A DNA stretch of 54,228 nt from Lentisphaeria bacterium (GCA_017628235.1 JAGBZM010000003.1:1-54228), one strand, 5' to 3'. Shown: positions 17,536-28,556, numbered from the stretch's first letter. Numbers and translations: made by a program. The notes: a model not told the origin generated them from the letters alone.

Positions 17536-19572
17536 TCAATAGTGAAGTACGATCATTTGATGACAGAGCAATTCCGGCAGGGTGAATTCCACAGTTCCAT
17601 CCGGTTTCCCGGTAAAAGGCAGGGCAGTTCCCTGCGGTTCACAGGTTACTTCCCGGATGGTCCGGGGCAGGCGCAGGGTGAATTTGACATTGTGTACCGC
17701 TGTCAACTCATCAATGACCTCTACCGGCTGGGTTTCGCGGGTGTACCGGTTGAATGGTTCGCTTTTCATTCCGCGCAGCGAAATATTGGCATAAAGGGCG
17801 TGGAAGACAAAACGTTTTTCCTCCGGCTGGTCGAAAATCGTCACCCGGCCCTGCGACGGCAGCGAGGTTTCCACCTGAAGTTCACCGGCCATAAGAGCTT
17901 TGATGCTGTTGGCGATAAAACTTTTCAATATAACATTGCCGTAAAGAGCGTAGAGGGTGAATACCGGATGGGCGAAGTAGAGAATATTTTTGGTCAGTAC
18001 TCCGGCACTGTAAGCGGAACATTCCGGTTTGTTCGGGGTGTGCCGGTGCGAACAGAAGTGCTGCCAGGTGCGGACAAAGTACGGATCGTAAACGTCTCCG
18101 AGCGATTTGCCGCCTTTGACTTTGATTTTTACCGACGGCCGGTACATTACAAACGGAGTATTGACTCCGGGCGGGGCAAATTCCGGGCTGCAGGCGATGA
18201 AGTTGGGGATCTGATCGGTAATGCCGTCAAACTCCACCGGCAGGTCAAAGGCGGGAGTATCATTCTCTTTACAGAATACTGCTTCGCCGGAAACGATCAG
18301 TTTGCCGCCGTTTTCAAGAAATTTATTCAATTTGTCCCGCAGAACGGCATCCGGACGCAGATCGTCGGCCAGGATCAGCAGATCATATTTGCTGAAATCT
18401 CCGGTATCATCCAGCCGGTCAAAGGGGATGTGGGATTCCAGAAGCAGCCGGGAAATACCGATCTCCACGCGCTCATCCAACTTCAAAGGTTTATGGTAGC
18501 CGACATTGGAGATGATCGCGGTCCGGGCAAAACTTTTCACATTGCGGCACCAGGGTTCTTTGGTTTCCACTTCGGCGAAAGCGTTTCCGATCAGGCGGCA
18601 GGTGCTTTCATCGAGCATGCCGGTGGGGTGCAGCTGGTCACCGACACTGCATTTTGAACCGTTGGCGATCATGGCGCAGCACTCGTAACGCAGAGCATCG
18701 AAAGATTTGAAGCCGCCGAATTCACCCCAGCTGAAGTGAAATTTGCCGGTCATCCCCATAAAATCCTTATCCTGTGTGCGGCAGTAAGCCGCCAGCAGCG
18801 GATAGTGGTCATACCCCCAGCCGCCGGTAGGCAGACTTTCAAGTTCAAAGTGGCTGTAATGTTCAAAAAGGTCACGGTTGCCCGGAGAGAGCAGATTGCT
18901 GTTGTTGTGGAATACCGGCAGATCCGGATTGACACTGCGGGCGGCGGCGGTGATCCGCTGCAGATATTTTTTCAGGGTCCGGCGGTCGAAACGGAGACGG
19001 TCATTTTCATCTTCCGGATTGTAACCTTCGGCCAGCATATCGCTCATGCACCGGGGACAGCAGCACTGATGCTGGACAATGATATCAAAGAACATACCAT
19101 CGGCATCGGGGAACATCCGGGCAGCTTCGGCGGTCAAAGCTTCCAGATAGTCAAGGTAGGGTGAGTTGAAACACAAACAGCGGTAACCCGGTTCCAACGG
19201 GGATTTGGCCCAGGAAGCCAATTCACCTTTACTGTTTATTTCCAGCCAGCCGGGTTCTTTTTCTGCGATATAGTTATTCAGTCCGGCGGTCAGATAGATG
19301 GGAACTTTCACTCCGATCTCATGGCAGGCATCGATCTGGGCGCGGAGCAGATTGAAGTCAAGATGCGGATGCATCATCCCGATTTTGGTCGGGTGGTAGC
19401 TGTAACCGTGATGGCAGCAGGAAAAACAGGTTATCGAATCAGCATGCGCCATCTGTAATCTTTCCTGCCACAATTTTTTATCAAATTTACTGCCGATCCC
19501 CGGAATGTGCGGGGAGGTATGGAAATCCAAATGGATTTGACGGAAACGCAGATCATGTTTCATGGGCTTCAC
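17536..19572 (-). CDS. Putative glycoside hydrolase (GHL6-like TIM barrel plus GH42-type trimerisation-like domain)
   Basis: 678 aa. The N-terminus RFRQIHLDFHTSPHIPG is, from memory, typical of the hypothetical glycosyl hydrolase 6 family. No signal peptide. Confidence 0.65.
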   Translation of the reverse strand: MKPMKHDLRFRQIHLDFHTSPHIPGIGSKFDKKLWQERLQMAHADSITCFSCCHHGYSYHPTKIGMMHPHLDFNLLRAQIDACHEIGVKVPIYLTAGLNNYIAEKEPGWLEINSKGELASWAKSPLEPGYRCLCFNSPYLDYLEALTAEAARMFPDADGMFFDIIVQHQCCCPRCMSDMLAEGYNPEDENDRLRFDRRTLKKYLQRITAAARSVNPDLPVFHNNSNLLSPGNRDLFEHYSHFELESLPTGGWGYDHYPLLAAYCRTQDKDFMGMTGKFHFSWGEFGGFKSFDALRYECCAMIANGSKCSVGDQLHPTGMLDESTCRLIGNAFAEVETKEPWCRNVKSFARTAIISNVGYHKPLKLDERVEIGISRLLLESHIPFDRLDDTGDFSKYDLLILADDLRPDAVLRDKLNKFLENGGKLIVSGEAVFCKENDTPAFDLPVEFDGITDQIPNFIACSPEFAPPGVNTPFVMYRPSVKIKVKGGKSLGDVYDPYFVRTWQHFCSHRHTPNKPECSAYSAGVLTKNILYFAHPVFTLYALYGNVILKSFIANSIKALMAGELQVETSLPSQGRVTIFDQPEEKRFVFHALYANISLRGMKSEPFNRYTRETQPVEVIDELTAVHNVKFTLRLPRTIREVTCEPQGTALPFTGKPDGTVEFTLPELLCHQMIVLHY

Positions 19573-19790
19573 CTTTTCATAGCTTTTTGCTTGACCGTTG
19601 ATTTTGTTTTCCCGTTAACATAGCACGATACAAGGGCAATGTCAAGCTTGGGAAACTGGAAATATTTTCAAACAACATGTTGAAAAATGTCAAATCTGTG
19701 CTATTTTTTACAAGGAGATGAGGTAATCGGAAAAGTTAATCAAAAAAGGATTGAAAAGATACCGTTGGTGAGATGAAAGAGGTAGTTTGA

Positions 19791-19864
19791 TCCGCCGTCG
19801 CCCTTCGGGTTATGGCGGGACAAGGAGGCTGCCCAAAGCGTTAACACCCGAAAACGCTCCTGTC
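19791..19864 (+). promoter_or_regulatory. Structured element in the leader of the GNAT gene (unclassified)
   Basis: The first stem is TCCGCC/GGCGGGA. A second is GACA(A)GGAG/CTCCTGTC, which encloses AGCGTT/AACGCT. The loop CCCGAA (19847-19852) is complementary to TTCGGG (19804-19809). Confidence 0.3.
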
Positions 19865-19937
19865 TCAGATCGCAGCGGGAATTTTCAGGATTTTGAAGTT
19901 GCCTCAAGAACATTATTGATATTTACCGGAGAGAAAA

Positions 19938-20384
19938 ATGATTATCCGTTTGAGTAAAGAGTATGACGACATTGCTGCCATCCACGATGCTTTGTACACC
20001 TACAACCTGTCGAAAACCGGTGAAGACCGGATCGATGTCCATGCCAAACATGAGGCGGAAGCAGAGGCGATGCTGGCTTGTGATGAGAGTGGAAAAGCAC
20101 ACGGCGGAATTGCGTTTCACTGGCAGAATGATCCGCGCCGGGTCTTTTTGGACTACTTTTTTCTGGATGACACTCTGCGCGGCGGCGGCAACGGCAAATA
20201 TATCTTTGAGCAGTTCCTCGCCCGGGTCAAAGCCGCCGGTGCGGTACGGGTCGATCTGACGACCAATACCTTTCAGGCTCCGGGATTTTATCAGAAAATG
20301 GGCTTCCGGATCGTTGCCGGAGAACCCAATCCGGTAAGACTGGTTCCGGAAAATATCCATTATACCATGCAGAAAGAATTTTGA
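19938..20384 (+). CDS. GNAT-family N-acetyltransferase
   Basis: 148 aa with an acetyl-CoA-binding motif region (RGGGNGKYIFEQF) and a C-terminal FYQKMGF. Confidence 0.85.
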   Translation: MIIRLSKEYDDIAAIHDALYTYNLSKTGEDRIDVHAKHEAEAEAMLACDESGKAHGGIAFHWQNDPRRVFLDYFFLDDTLRGGGNGKYIFEQFLARVKAAGAVRVDLTTNTFQAPGFYQKMGFRIVAGEPNPVRLVPENIHYTMQKEF

Positions 20385-20426
20385 TTTCCATACTCAGGCA
20401 GCGGCCGACGTGCCGTTGTGATAAAC

Positions 20427-20457
20427 GCGCCCCCTTTTGCCGGGCGCATTTTTTTTA
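20427..20457 (+). terminator. Intrinsic terminator of the GNAT gene
   Basis: GCGCCC/GGGCGC stem followed by ATTTTTTTT. Confidence 0.75.
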
Positions 20458-20542
20458 TCCTGCGGCGGCCGGCCAAAGCTCATGAAAAGCAGTGAAAAGC
20501 AGTTTCTTTGAAAAAAATCCTTTCCGAAAGTGCCAAAAACAC

Positions 20543-20571
20543 TTGACATGAATGGAAAGTTGGATTATGTT
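20543..20571 (+). promoter_or_regulatory. Sigma-70-like promoter flanked by a 7-bp inverted repeat (possible operator)
   Basis: TTGACA (20543-20548), a 17-nt spacer, then TATGTT (20566-20571). AACACTT (20538-20544) and AAGTGTT (20574-20580) bracket it. Confidence 0.5.
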
Positions 20572-20618
20572 TAAAGTGTTGATAATCATGAAATGGCAGA
20601 TGAAAAGGTGAAGAAAAA

Positions 20619-21671
20619 ATGATTATTCCCGGCAACCGTCGGATAACTCCCGGCAAGGTGGAAATTCTGGAGCAGGAGCTGCTGCAGGAACTGCAATCCG
20701 GAAAGTTTATCCATGATGACCGTTTCTATTCTGTCCGGGAGGTATCGGAAAAATATCAGGTGACGATGACGACAGCTTACCGGGCATTATCCGGCTTGAT
20801 CCGGCAGCGGTATCTTACCGGGCGCAACGGTTTGGGGGTATATGTCAATCTGCCGGAAACCAGACCTTTGCAGCTGGTGGCTGTGCCGCTGCGTTTGCGG
20901 GGTAATCCGCAGGTGTTGGATTTTTACGAAGCTTTATCCGCAGTAGCCGAGAAACGCGGTATCCGGCTGCTGATGGGCAATGGTGAACACTGTGATACTG
21001 AAATCGCATTTCTGCAGAAAGCGATTGCGGTTTCAGTGGATGGGGTGATCCGTTTCCCCTGCGGAGTAGGCGGAGTTGAGACCCGGGTCAGAAAAGAACT
21101 TTCCCGGCATCAGCTGCCGTGTGTGGCGGTCAATGACTGGTGGCGGTCAGGATGTTTTCCGACGGTGAAAACTGATGAAACGGACGGTTTGAATAGGATC
21201 ATGGATGCGCTTTATGCGGTCGGACACCGCAAAATTGCGCTGGTTCAGGAGACATTCAATGCCGCGCGGCCGGAGATCCAGCGGGCATTCTGGCGGTGGC
21301 ATTGGGAACATGATCTGCCGGTGGAATCTGATAACATATGTTACTGTCTTTCCGGCGGATTGCCGATGGCGTTGAGTCTGCACAAAATGCGGCAGTCCGG
21401 GGTGACGGCATTGCTCTTTTCCTACGGGATCAATATTCATGATATCTGGGACCGGGAAAACCGTGAGCTGCTGCCGCAATTCACTCTGGCGGCTCTGGAT
21501 GATATTCCGCTGGCGGAAACAGAGTTATTTGCCGCTTACCGTCATGATGATGTAAAAATGGCGGAAAAGGCATTTGACCTGCTGGAAAATTTCGGGTGCA
21601 ATCCGGTTGAATTGGTCGAAATTCCCGGAAAATTGATAATCAATACAAACCAAAATCGGTTAACAACATGA
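20619..21671 (+). CDS. GntR-type wHTH regulator fused to a LacI/PBP1-like sugar-binding domain
   Basis: The N-terminal wHTH is [39 protein letters not shown]. The remaining roughly 270 aa have periplasmic-binding-protein-like alternation. Confidence 0.8.
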   Translation: MIIPGNRRITPGKVEILEQELLQELQSGKFIHDDRFYSVREVSEKYQVTMTTAYRALSGLIRQRYLTGRNGLGVYVNLPETRPLQLVAVPLRLRGNPQVLDFYEALSAVAEKRGIRLLMGNGEHCDTEIAFLQKAIAVSVDGVIRFPCGVGGVETRVRKELSRHQLPCVAVNDWWRSGCFPTVKTDETDGLNRIMDALYAVGHRKIALVQETFNAARPEIQRAFWRWHWEHDLPVESDNICYCLSGGLPMALSLHKMRQSGVTALLFSYGINIHDIWDRENRELLPQFTLAALDDIPLAETELFAAYRHDDVKMAEKAFDLLENFGCNPVELVEIPGKLIINTNQNRLTT

Positions 21672-21684
21672 AAGGAACCGGAAA

Positions 21685-22353
<669 letters not shown>

Positions 22354-22381
22354 TATTGGATAAGGGGAGCAGTTGAAAATT

Positions 22382-23800
22382 ATGAGAAAGTTTATAGTTA
22401 TGGGTTTGATGGCAGCCGGAGTCGCGGTTATGGCGGGAAGTTTGAAAATCGATGTGGATAGTCATGATATCGCGGTGCGTCCGGCGATCCCGGTGGTGAA
22501 TGCTCCGGCAGTACTGGCGGTGCGGGTCTCCGGAGCTATCTCCGGAATGCCGCTGACAGTCACCGCTGAAGTTGACGGCAGAAAAATCGGAGAAGTACAG
22601 CTCGCCGCCGGAAAAAATGAAGCGTTATTCGATTATAAACCGGAGAGTACCGGTTGGAAAAAAGTTTCCGTTACCGCCAAATGCGGCAAAGAGAGTGCCG
22701 TCGCGGAAAAGGTATTCCCGGTAACTGCCCGGAAACTGCATTTCCCCTGGTTCGGCAGTCACGATAATGAGGGAAAACTGGAATTGTGCAAATATCCGAC
22801 GATGGTTCTGGCAAAAAATGCCGGAGATATCGCTTACTGGAAACATCGAGGTGTGATGACCGGTAAGTGGCGGGGCGCAAAATTCAATGAGAAACAGGGG
22901 ATCGCCGAAGCCATGAAGTATTACCGCCGGGGGACGGAGGGATTTGATGCTATTATGATCGACGAGATCGGCAGTTATGATGACTTCAAGCTCCGGGAAA
23001 GTACCGAGTACAAGGGGCTGAAAGAGTTTTGTGCGGTCAACGAGGATCTCTTTGTCGCACTCTGGGTGTGCGGGGTGCCGACCACTTCCACGCTGAATCT
23101 GGCCAAAGGCCTTTACCGCAAAAAAGGTGTCGATCTGCTGATGCTGGAAAATTATGTGAATTATCTTATTCCCGATCTGAAAAGTTTCCGGCCCGATGAC
23201 ACCATGCGCTTCCGGATCGATCTGGCGCGCCGTCAGGATGTTCTGCACAGCTCCGTTATCACGGTCGGCATTCACGGCAATGCCAAAATTTTTACCATGA
23301 CCAATGACGAATTGGAAGAACAGGTGCGTACCATCAAACGCCTTGCTCCGGAAATGCCGGGTATGGGAATTTATGCCACCGGCAAAAAGATGACCAACCG
23401 GCCGCTGATATTCTTCGCGGATGAATTGTGTGCCAAATACTTTATTTCTCCGGTATTGACCCTCTATCCCAAAGCGATCCGGATCATTGACACGCCGGTG
23501 GCGGGAAAAAAGGTCAAAATCATCGGCAGAGTTTCCAATGCCGGCGGAATGGATTCCGGGGCGGTCACGGTCAATTTTTACTGCGGCAATCCGGCTTACG
23601 GCGGTAAACTTATCGGCAGCAGTAAAATCAACAGCGTACCGGCTTTCCGCATGGAGAGTTATCCGCTTCCGGCCGCCGTTGAGATCGACTGGACTCCGGA
23701 AAAACGCGGCAGTACTGAGATTTTCATGGAGATCATCCCGGAAAAAATGAGTGATACGCTGTTGGATCATCAGCAGATACTGCCGGTAATGGTACGGTGA
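22382..23800 (+). CDS. Secreted protein of unknown function: Ig-like domain, conserved TIM-like core, then C-terminal CARDB-like domain (paralogue A)
   Basis: Signal peptide MRKFIVMGLMAAGVAVMAG. The core shares colinear motifs with the next gene. The start could instead be TTG 22373. Confidence 0.7.
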   Translation: MRKFIVMGLMAAGVAVMAGSLKIDVDSHDIAVRPAIPVVNAPAVLAVRVSGAISGMPLTVTAEVDGRKIGEVQLAAGKNEALFDYKPESTGWKKVSVTAKCGKESAVAEKVFPVTARKLHFPWFGSHDNEGKLELCKYPTMVLAKNAGDIAYWKHRGVMTGKWRGAKFNEKQGIAEAMKYYRRGTEGFDAIMIDEIGSYDDFKLRESTEYKGLKEFCAVNEDLFVALWVCGVPTTSTLNLAKGLYRKKGVDLLMLENYVNYLIPDLKSFRPDDTMRFRIDLARRQDVLHSSVITVGIHGNAKIFTMTNDELEEQVRTIKRLAPEMPGMGIYATGKKMTNRPLIFFADELCAKYFISPVLTLYPKAIRIIDTPVAGKKVKIIGRVSNAGGMDSGAVTVNFYCGNPAYGGKLIGSSKINSVPAFRMESYPLPAAVEIDWTPEKRGSTEIFMEIIPEKMSDTLLDHQQILPVMVR

Positions 23801-23804
23801 AAAG

Positions 23805-25376
23805 ATGAAAAAGTTATGGTTGATTTCAGTTTTACTGCCGTTGTATCTGGGGGCTTTGGAGATCACAGAGTGCCGTCCGGCCGGCGGTAAAACACTGGTG
23901 GCGTGGAAAAATGCCCCGGCAGAATATGTGATGATCTACCGTTATTCGGAAAAGATCACTCCGCAAAATATCTTTTTTGCCGTTCGCCAGCGGTGCCGGG
24001 CCGCCGACGGCAGCTGCCTGATCGTGCCGAAGTCCGGCGGTCAGGGCTACTATATGGTGACATCGTGCGATAAATTCGGCAGAGAAACCCGCGATTATAC
24101 CATTCAGGCCGGGCCGGTGGATGAGAATCCGGCTTATACTTTGCCGCCGGTGGATTTTTCAGTCCGGAGTGACAAGCAGGGAACGAGGCTGGTGTGGAAA
24201 CCGCTGCCGCTGGAGATCCGGGGCATGAGCCGGACAATACAGCTCAAAAACAAGGCCGGTAAAGTTATTGAACAAGCACCGGTGTCCGCGACAGAATTCC
24301 GTCTGCCTGCGCCGCAGCCGGGGAAAAGCGAATTTTATACGGTGTGCATTCAGGATGTGAATGGCAGGGATTCTGCCGCAAAAAGTTACTTCTGTTACGG
24401 GGATTTCCCTGACTTCATGATCGATGGCCAAAGTAATGTGGTGAAAAATCAGGATGTCTTCTTGAGTACCCGCTATCCGGTTACCGGCCGGGAAAACCGT
24501 ATAGCGTTCCGGATAAGCAACTGCGGCGGAAAGGCTGGCAGTGCCGAAGTCACTCTGCCGGGGGTGATCCGGGAAAAGATTTCTCTGGACCCCGGAGAAT
24601 CGGTGATGGTCGCAGGAAATTGGCAGCCGGAAAAACGGGGAAAACATCAGCTGGCTTTGAATATCGCCGCCGACAGTGACCGGCAGAAGGAGAATAATTC
24701 ACTTCTGCTGCAGCTGCATGCGGCAGATAAGCCGCTGCACTTCATCTGGTACGGAAATGCCGCTGAATTGGATCACGCTACCGCCGGGACAGATAATCCG
24801 GAACACTGGAAACGGGTTGGCGGTAAAAGATTGCATATTTGTGTCAAATCGGATGATATTTCCGGTTACCATAAGATACTTGATTCAACGGATGCTCCGG
24901 ATGGTTTGCAGTATGATGAACTGGGCGGAAATATTGAACCGGAAAAATATATTTCCGTATTGCGCCAGTTGCGGAAAACCCATCCGCAGGCATTTATCGC
25001 TCTCTGGCACATCGGGGCAAATCTCAAGCCGGAAATCGTTGAAGCTCTGAAAGATGGTACGATCGATCTGGTGATGCCGGAGCGTTATCATACCTTTAAT
25101 GCTCCGATGGAAGAGAGTTTGAAAAAGGATATAAATATGCTTCGCCGGGTGGGCGTGCTGGATAAAACCATCATCGGTTTGGGCACTCACCGTAATTACG
25201 CCGGATTCGGCAGCGCGGAAGATCATGCGGCTTATCTGGAAAAACAGATCGCTCTGATTCGCAAACTTGCTCCGGAATCGCCGGGAATGGCATTTTTCAG
25301 TGCGGCCACATTGCCGGGATTGAAAGAGAAGGTCGATGATATGTGCCGGAAGTATTTTTTGGAAGGGGATAAATAA
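23805..25376 (+). CDS. Secreted protein of unknown function: beta-sandwich domains plus the same TIM-like core (paralogue B)
   Basis: Signal peptide MKKLWLISVLLPLYLGA. The C-terminal 215 aa align with paralogue A (PLHFIWYG, YDELG, FIALWHIG, DLVMPERY, IRKLAPESPGM, CRKYF). Confidence 0.7.
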   Translation: MKKLWLISVLLPLYLGALEITECRPAGGKTLVAWKNAPAEYVMIYRYSEKITPQNIFFAVRQRCRAADGSCLIVPKSGGQGYYMVTSCDKFGRETRDYTIQAGPVDENPAYTLPPVDFSVRSDKQGTRLVWKPLPLEIRGMSRTIQLKNKAGKVIEQAPVSATEFRLPAPQPGKSEFYTVCIQDVNGRDSAAKSYFCYGDFPDFMIDGQSNVVKNQDVFLSTRYPVTGRENRIAFRISNCGGKAGSAEVTLPGVIREKISLDPGESVMVAGNWQPEKRGKHQLALNIAADSDRQKENNSLLLQLHAADKPLHFIWYGNAAELDHATAGTDNPEHWKRVGGKRLHICVKSDDISGYHKILDSTDAPDGLQYDELGGNIEPEKYISVLRQLRKTHPQAFIALWHIGANLKPEIVEALKDGTIDLVMPERYHTFNAPMEESLKKDINMLRRVGVLDKTIIGLGTHRNYAGFGSAEDHAAYLEKQIALIRKLAPESPGMAFFSAATLPGLKEKVDDMCRKYFLEGDK

Positions 25377-25442
25377 GATGCTGCAATCTTATTTGCCGGG
25401 AAAATTTTACAAAAATTGAAACAATAGAAAGGAAAAAAGAAA

Positions 25443-26114
25443 ATGAAAAAAATCATGATGCTCCTCGCGCTGTCGGTTCTCGGTGCAGCAGCGGCAGAAC
25501 CCAAAACCGTCAAATTTGATTTTGCCACCCAGCCGGAACTGGCAGAGGCCACTTACAAAGATGTCCGCAATTTGGAGTATATGGAGCGATCCATCGCCAT
25601 CCCGCCGGTTTCCGGACAGAATTTTCAGGTGGAATTCAAACTTGCTGTCACCAATATCAAACCTTACGGCAATATCTGGGTGGGCGTATCCAACAGCAAA
25701 AGGAAAATGCAGAATGCTTTTGTCCGTTTCGGCAAATCCGATTCCGGAGCATTGCTTCACTTTTATTCCGGAGTGAGTTTCGGCAAGCCGGTCACTGCCA
25801 AACCCTGGAAAGGTCTGCAGAAACAGGATTATATCGTGCGTATCGAATATAACGCCGGAAGTATGCAGATCCGTTATCAGATCAGTGACGGCAGCGGCAA
25901 GCAGCTCCATGATACCGGTTTTGTCACCTGCCGGGTGCCGCTGAATCCGGACCGGATCTCCATCCGGGTTAATGACAATCCTGATTTCGGAGTCAGTACG
26001 ATCAATTACAATGCGGAAAAACAGTCTGTTTTTGCCCGCAGTCTGATCGGTTACGAGGGCAACACTCCGTATATGCTGGAAATGGAGATCAAAGAGGTCA
26101 CTCTGGTATTTTAA
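25443..26114 (+). CDS. Small secreted protein of unknown function
   Basis: Signal peptide MKKIMMLLALSVLGAAAA. The 223-aa sequence reads by eye as strand-rich (possibly a beta-sandwich), which is an impression only. No family recognised. Confidence 0.65.
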   Translation: MKKIMMLLALSVLGAAAAEPKTVKFDFATQPELAEATYKDVRNLEYMERSIAIPPVSGQNFQVEFKLAVTNIKPYGNIWVGVSNSKRKMQNAFVRFGKSDSGALLHFYSGVSFGKPVTAKPWKGLQKQDYIVRIEYNAGSMQIRYQISDGSGKQLHDTGFVTCRVPLNPDRISIRVNDNPDFGVSTINYNAEKQSVFARSLIGYEGNTPYMLEMEIKEVTLVF

Positions 26115-26120
26115 CGGCGA

Positions 26121-28556
26121 TCACCGTTTGACCGAGTGACGCATGGGAAGTGCGCGCGCCGGATCTTCGGGCCATTCGTGCTTGGGATAGCGGCCGCGCA
26201 TTTCGCTTCTTACCAGCTTCCACGATCCCTGCCAGAATCCCGGCAGGTCACAGCTTATCTGCACCGGCCGCCGGGCGGGAGAGAGCAATTCTATGCGCAG
26301 CGGTATGTGGTTTTTGCCGACAACCGGATGGGTGGTTACTCCGTAAAGTTGTTGGATCTGAATGGATAAAGTCGGTTGCTCTCCGGAGTAGTCGATGGGA
26401 AAAGTCATTCCGGTCGGGGCAGTGAAAAATTCCGGGCAGAAGCGTTCAAGCATCTGCAGTACATTAAAATCCAGATTATTGTGCAGCAGGTGATGCCAGT
26501 TGGTTTTTTTCAAATCAGCGAGCGAATTGATATTGTCCGGAAAATATGGAGCCAGCGAGAGCAGAAAGTCGGCGTTTATTTCCGGTACTCCGGTCAATCC
26601 GCTGTTTCTGGCGAAGTTTAATCTGACCGCCAGCGCATGCGCCCGTTTGTCTTCCGGCGGCGGCAGTTCAATTCTCCGGCGGAATGCTTCTTTGAGCAGG
26701 GCCGGAATGATCATTGCGCGTGAAGTGGCACACGGGCGGCTGTGCAAAGTAAGTTCACCGAGCTTTCGTTCATTGAATGAGAGCAGTTTTTCCGTATTCT
26801 GATCAAAGATGGTCGTACATTTTTCGGCAATGCGTCCGGCAAAATATTTTTCGATACTCTCTTTTTTTACCGGTACTGCCAGCCGGACGGCAGCATTGGC
26901 CGACGCAGTACCGTCAAGTCTGGCAATGGCGATGAACTCCTCCTGGCGCAGGAAATCATCTTCCTGAACGGCAGCGGCACTGCCGTTGGCCAACTGGTAG
27001 ATGACGGTGTTTTCTGTCCGGCGGCGGGCGATCCATTCCGGAAAAGCGATGGCGACCGGCAAACCGCAATCGGCATTTTCCGGTTCGACTTCCGGTGGAA
27101 AGAGCTTCAGCAGTCGCTGATACACGCTCTTTTGAATGTGAAAACTGCTGTTATTGGCGAGCATCCGGCGGAATCTTTCCTGCAGATCCGCAGTGTTGTA
27201 AGCGGCAAAATCATCTTTCTCCTCCAGTATTGCTGCGAATCCGGCGGCTATCCGGCGCAATTCCGGCGGTGAAAAGATCATCATCGCTGCGAGCCGGGGT
27301 GAAAGCGGCAGTGCGGCAGCCTTTTTTCCGGCGGAAGACGGACGGTTGTCCGGGGTGAAAAGAGCCAGTTCCCGCAAAAGTTTTTCTCCGGCGGCAACCG
27401 CCGGAAGCGGCGGGGCATCCATAAATTGCAAATCATCGATCCGGCTTCCCCAGCATCCGATGGCAAGACACAAACCGGAGAGTTCCGTCCGCAGTATCTC
27501 CGGCGGTATGGAACTGTTCATCCGGTCAAAGGTGAGGCGGTCGAAACAGCGGATCGCCACTCCCGGCGCAGTACGTCCGGCCCGTCCGGCCCGCTGGATG
27601 GCTGAAGCCCGGGTGATCCTCCGGTTTTCCAGAAAGTTCATCTGCGCCCCCGGCTGCCATTCCGCACGTTTCTCCCAACCGCAGTCGATCACGCAATCCA
27701 CATGGTCAATGGTCAGACTGCTTTCCGCGACGTTGGTGGCCAGAATTATTTTGCGGATACCCGGCGGCACCGGTGATAAAGCTGCCCGCTGCCGGTCCAG
27801 CGGGAGCGAACCATGCAGCTGACAGATGATAAAACCTTGATCTTGGAGGTGCTGCAGCATTTCGGAACAACGGGATATTTCCATCGCCCCCGGCAGGAAT
27901 ACGAGAATATGTCCCGGTGTGACATGCAGATTTTCCAATACGGCTCTGGCGGTCATCCGGGGAATGTCCCGGGGATGGGCGATATTTTCCCGGTAACGGA
28001 TGTCCACCGGGAAGCCCCGTCCGGGAACGGTTATTACCGGAGATGAGAGAAATTGTCCGGTTCTTTCATGTTCCATTGTCGCAGACATCACCGTTAAAAG
28101 CAGATCTTCCCGCAAAGAAGAACGCATATCCAGTACCAATGCCAGAGCCAGATCCGCATCGGCTGAGCGTTCATGGAATTCATCAAAGATCAGTGCGGAA
28201 ACTTTTTCCAGAGCCGGATCTTCCTGCAGCATCTGCAGTAAAATCCCCGGAGTGACCGCAAGAATACCGTCATCATCACATCTGCAGGATTCTCCGCGCA
28301 CGACAAACCCGGTGTCCCGGCCTGTTTGCAGACCGTGCATACCGGCAATGCCGTGTGCAGCGGCTCTGGCGGCGATCCGGCGCGGTTCGACCAGAACAGT
28401 CAGACCGCCGGAAGCAAGAGAACGGACCAGCACCGGAACCAGCATCGTTTTTCCGGCTCCCGGTTCAGCGGCGATGACGGCACACTTTTTTTCCTGCAGC
28501 GCGGCAGAGATCCGGTCGAGGTGATGAAACAGTGGAAGTTCAGGAAAGTTATTCAT
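26121..28556 (-). CDS. hrpB: ATP-dependent RNA helicase HrpB (DEAH-box)
   Basis: 811 aa with GAGKT, DEFHERS, the HA2/OB region and the HrpB C-terminal domain. Confidence 0.92.
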   Translation of the reverse strand: MNNFPELPLFHHLDRISAALQEKKCAVIAAEPGAGKTMLVPVLVRSLASGGLTVLVEPRRIAARAAAHGIAGMHGLQTGRDTGFVVRGESCRCDDDGILAVTPGILLQMLQEDPALEKVSALIFDEFHERSADADLALALVLDMRSSLREDLLLTVMSATMEHERTGQFLSSPVITVPGRGFPVDIRYRENIAHPRDIPRMTARAVLENLHVTPGHILVFLPGAMEISRCSEMLQHLQDQGFIICQLHGSLPLDRQRAALSPVPPGIRKIILATNVAESSLTIDHVDCVIDCGWEKRAEWQPGAQMNFLENRRITRASAIQRAGRAGRTAPGVAIRCFDRLTFDRMNSSIPPEILRTELSGLCLAIGCWGSRIDDLQFMDAPPLPAVAAGEKLLRELALFTPDNRPSSAGKKAAALPLSPRLAAMMIFSPPELRRIAAGFAAILEEKDDFAAYNTADLQERFRRMLANNSSFHIQKSVYQRLLKLFPPEVEPENADCGLPVAIAFPEWIARRRTENTVIYQLANGSAAAVQEDDFLRQEEFIAIARLDGTASANAAVRLAVPVKKESIEKYFAGRIAEKCTTIFDQNTEKLLSFNERKLGELTLHSRPCATSRAMIIPALLKEAFRRRIELPPPEDKRAHALAVRLNFARNSGLTGVPEINADFLLSLAPYFPDNINSLADLKKTNWHHLLHNNLDFNVLQMLERFCPEFFTAPTGMTFPIDYSGEQPTLSIQIQQLYGVTTHPVVGKNHIPLRIELLSPARRPVQISCDLPGFWQGSWKLVRSEMRGRYPKHEWPEDPARALPMRHSVKR

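Noticed and set aside
19780-19870. Assignment of the GNAT leader element to a known riboswitch class (TPP because of CTGAGA-like CTCAGA, guanidine, ZTP or preQ1)
   Set aside because: Apart from short chance words, none of the conserved cores I can recall for these classes is present. It is kept only as an unclassified structured element.
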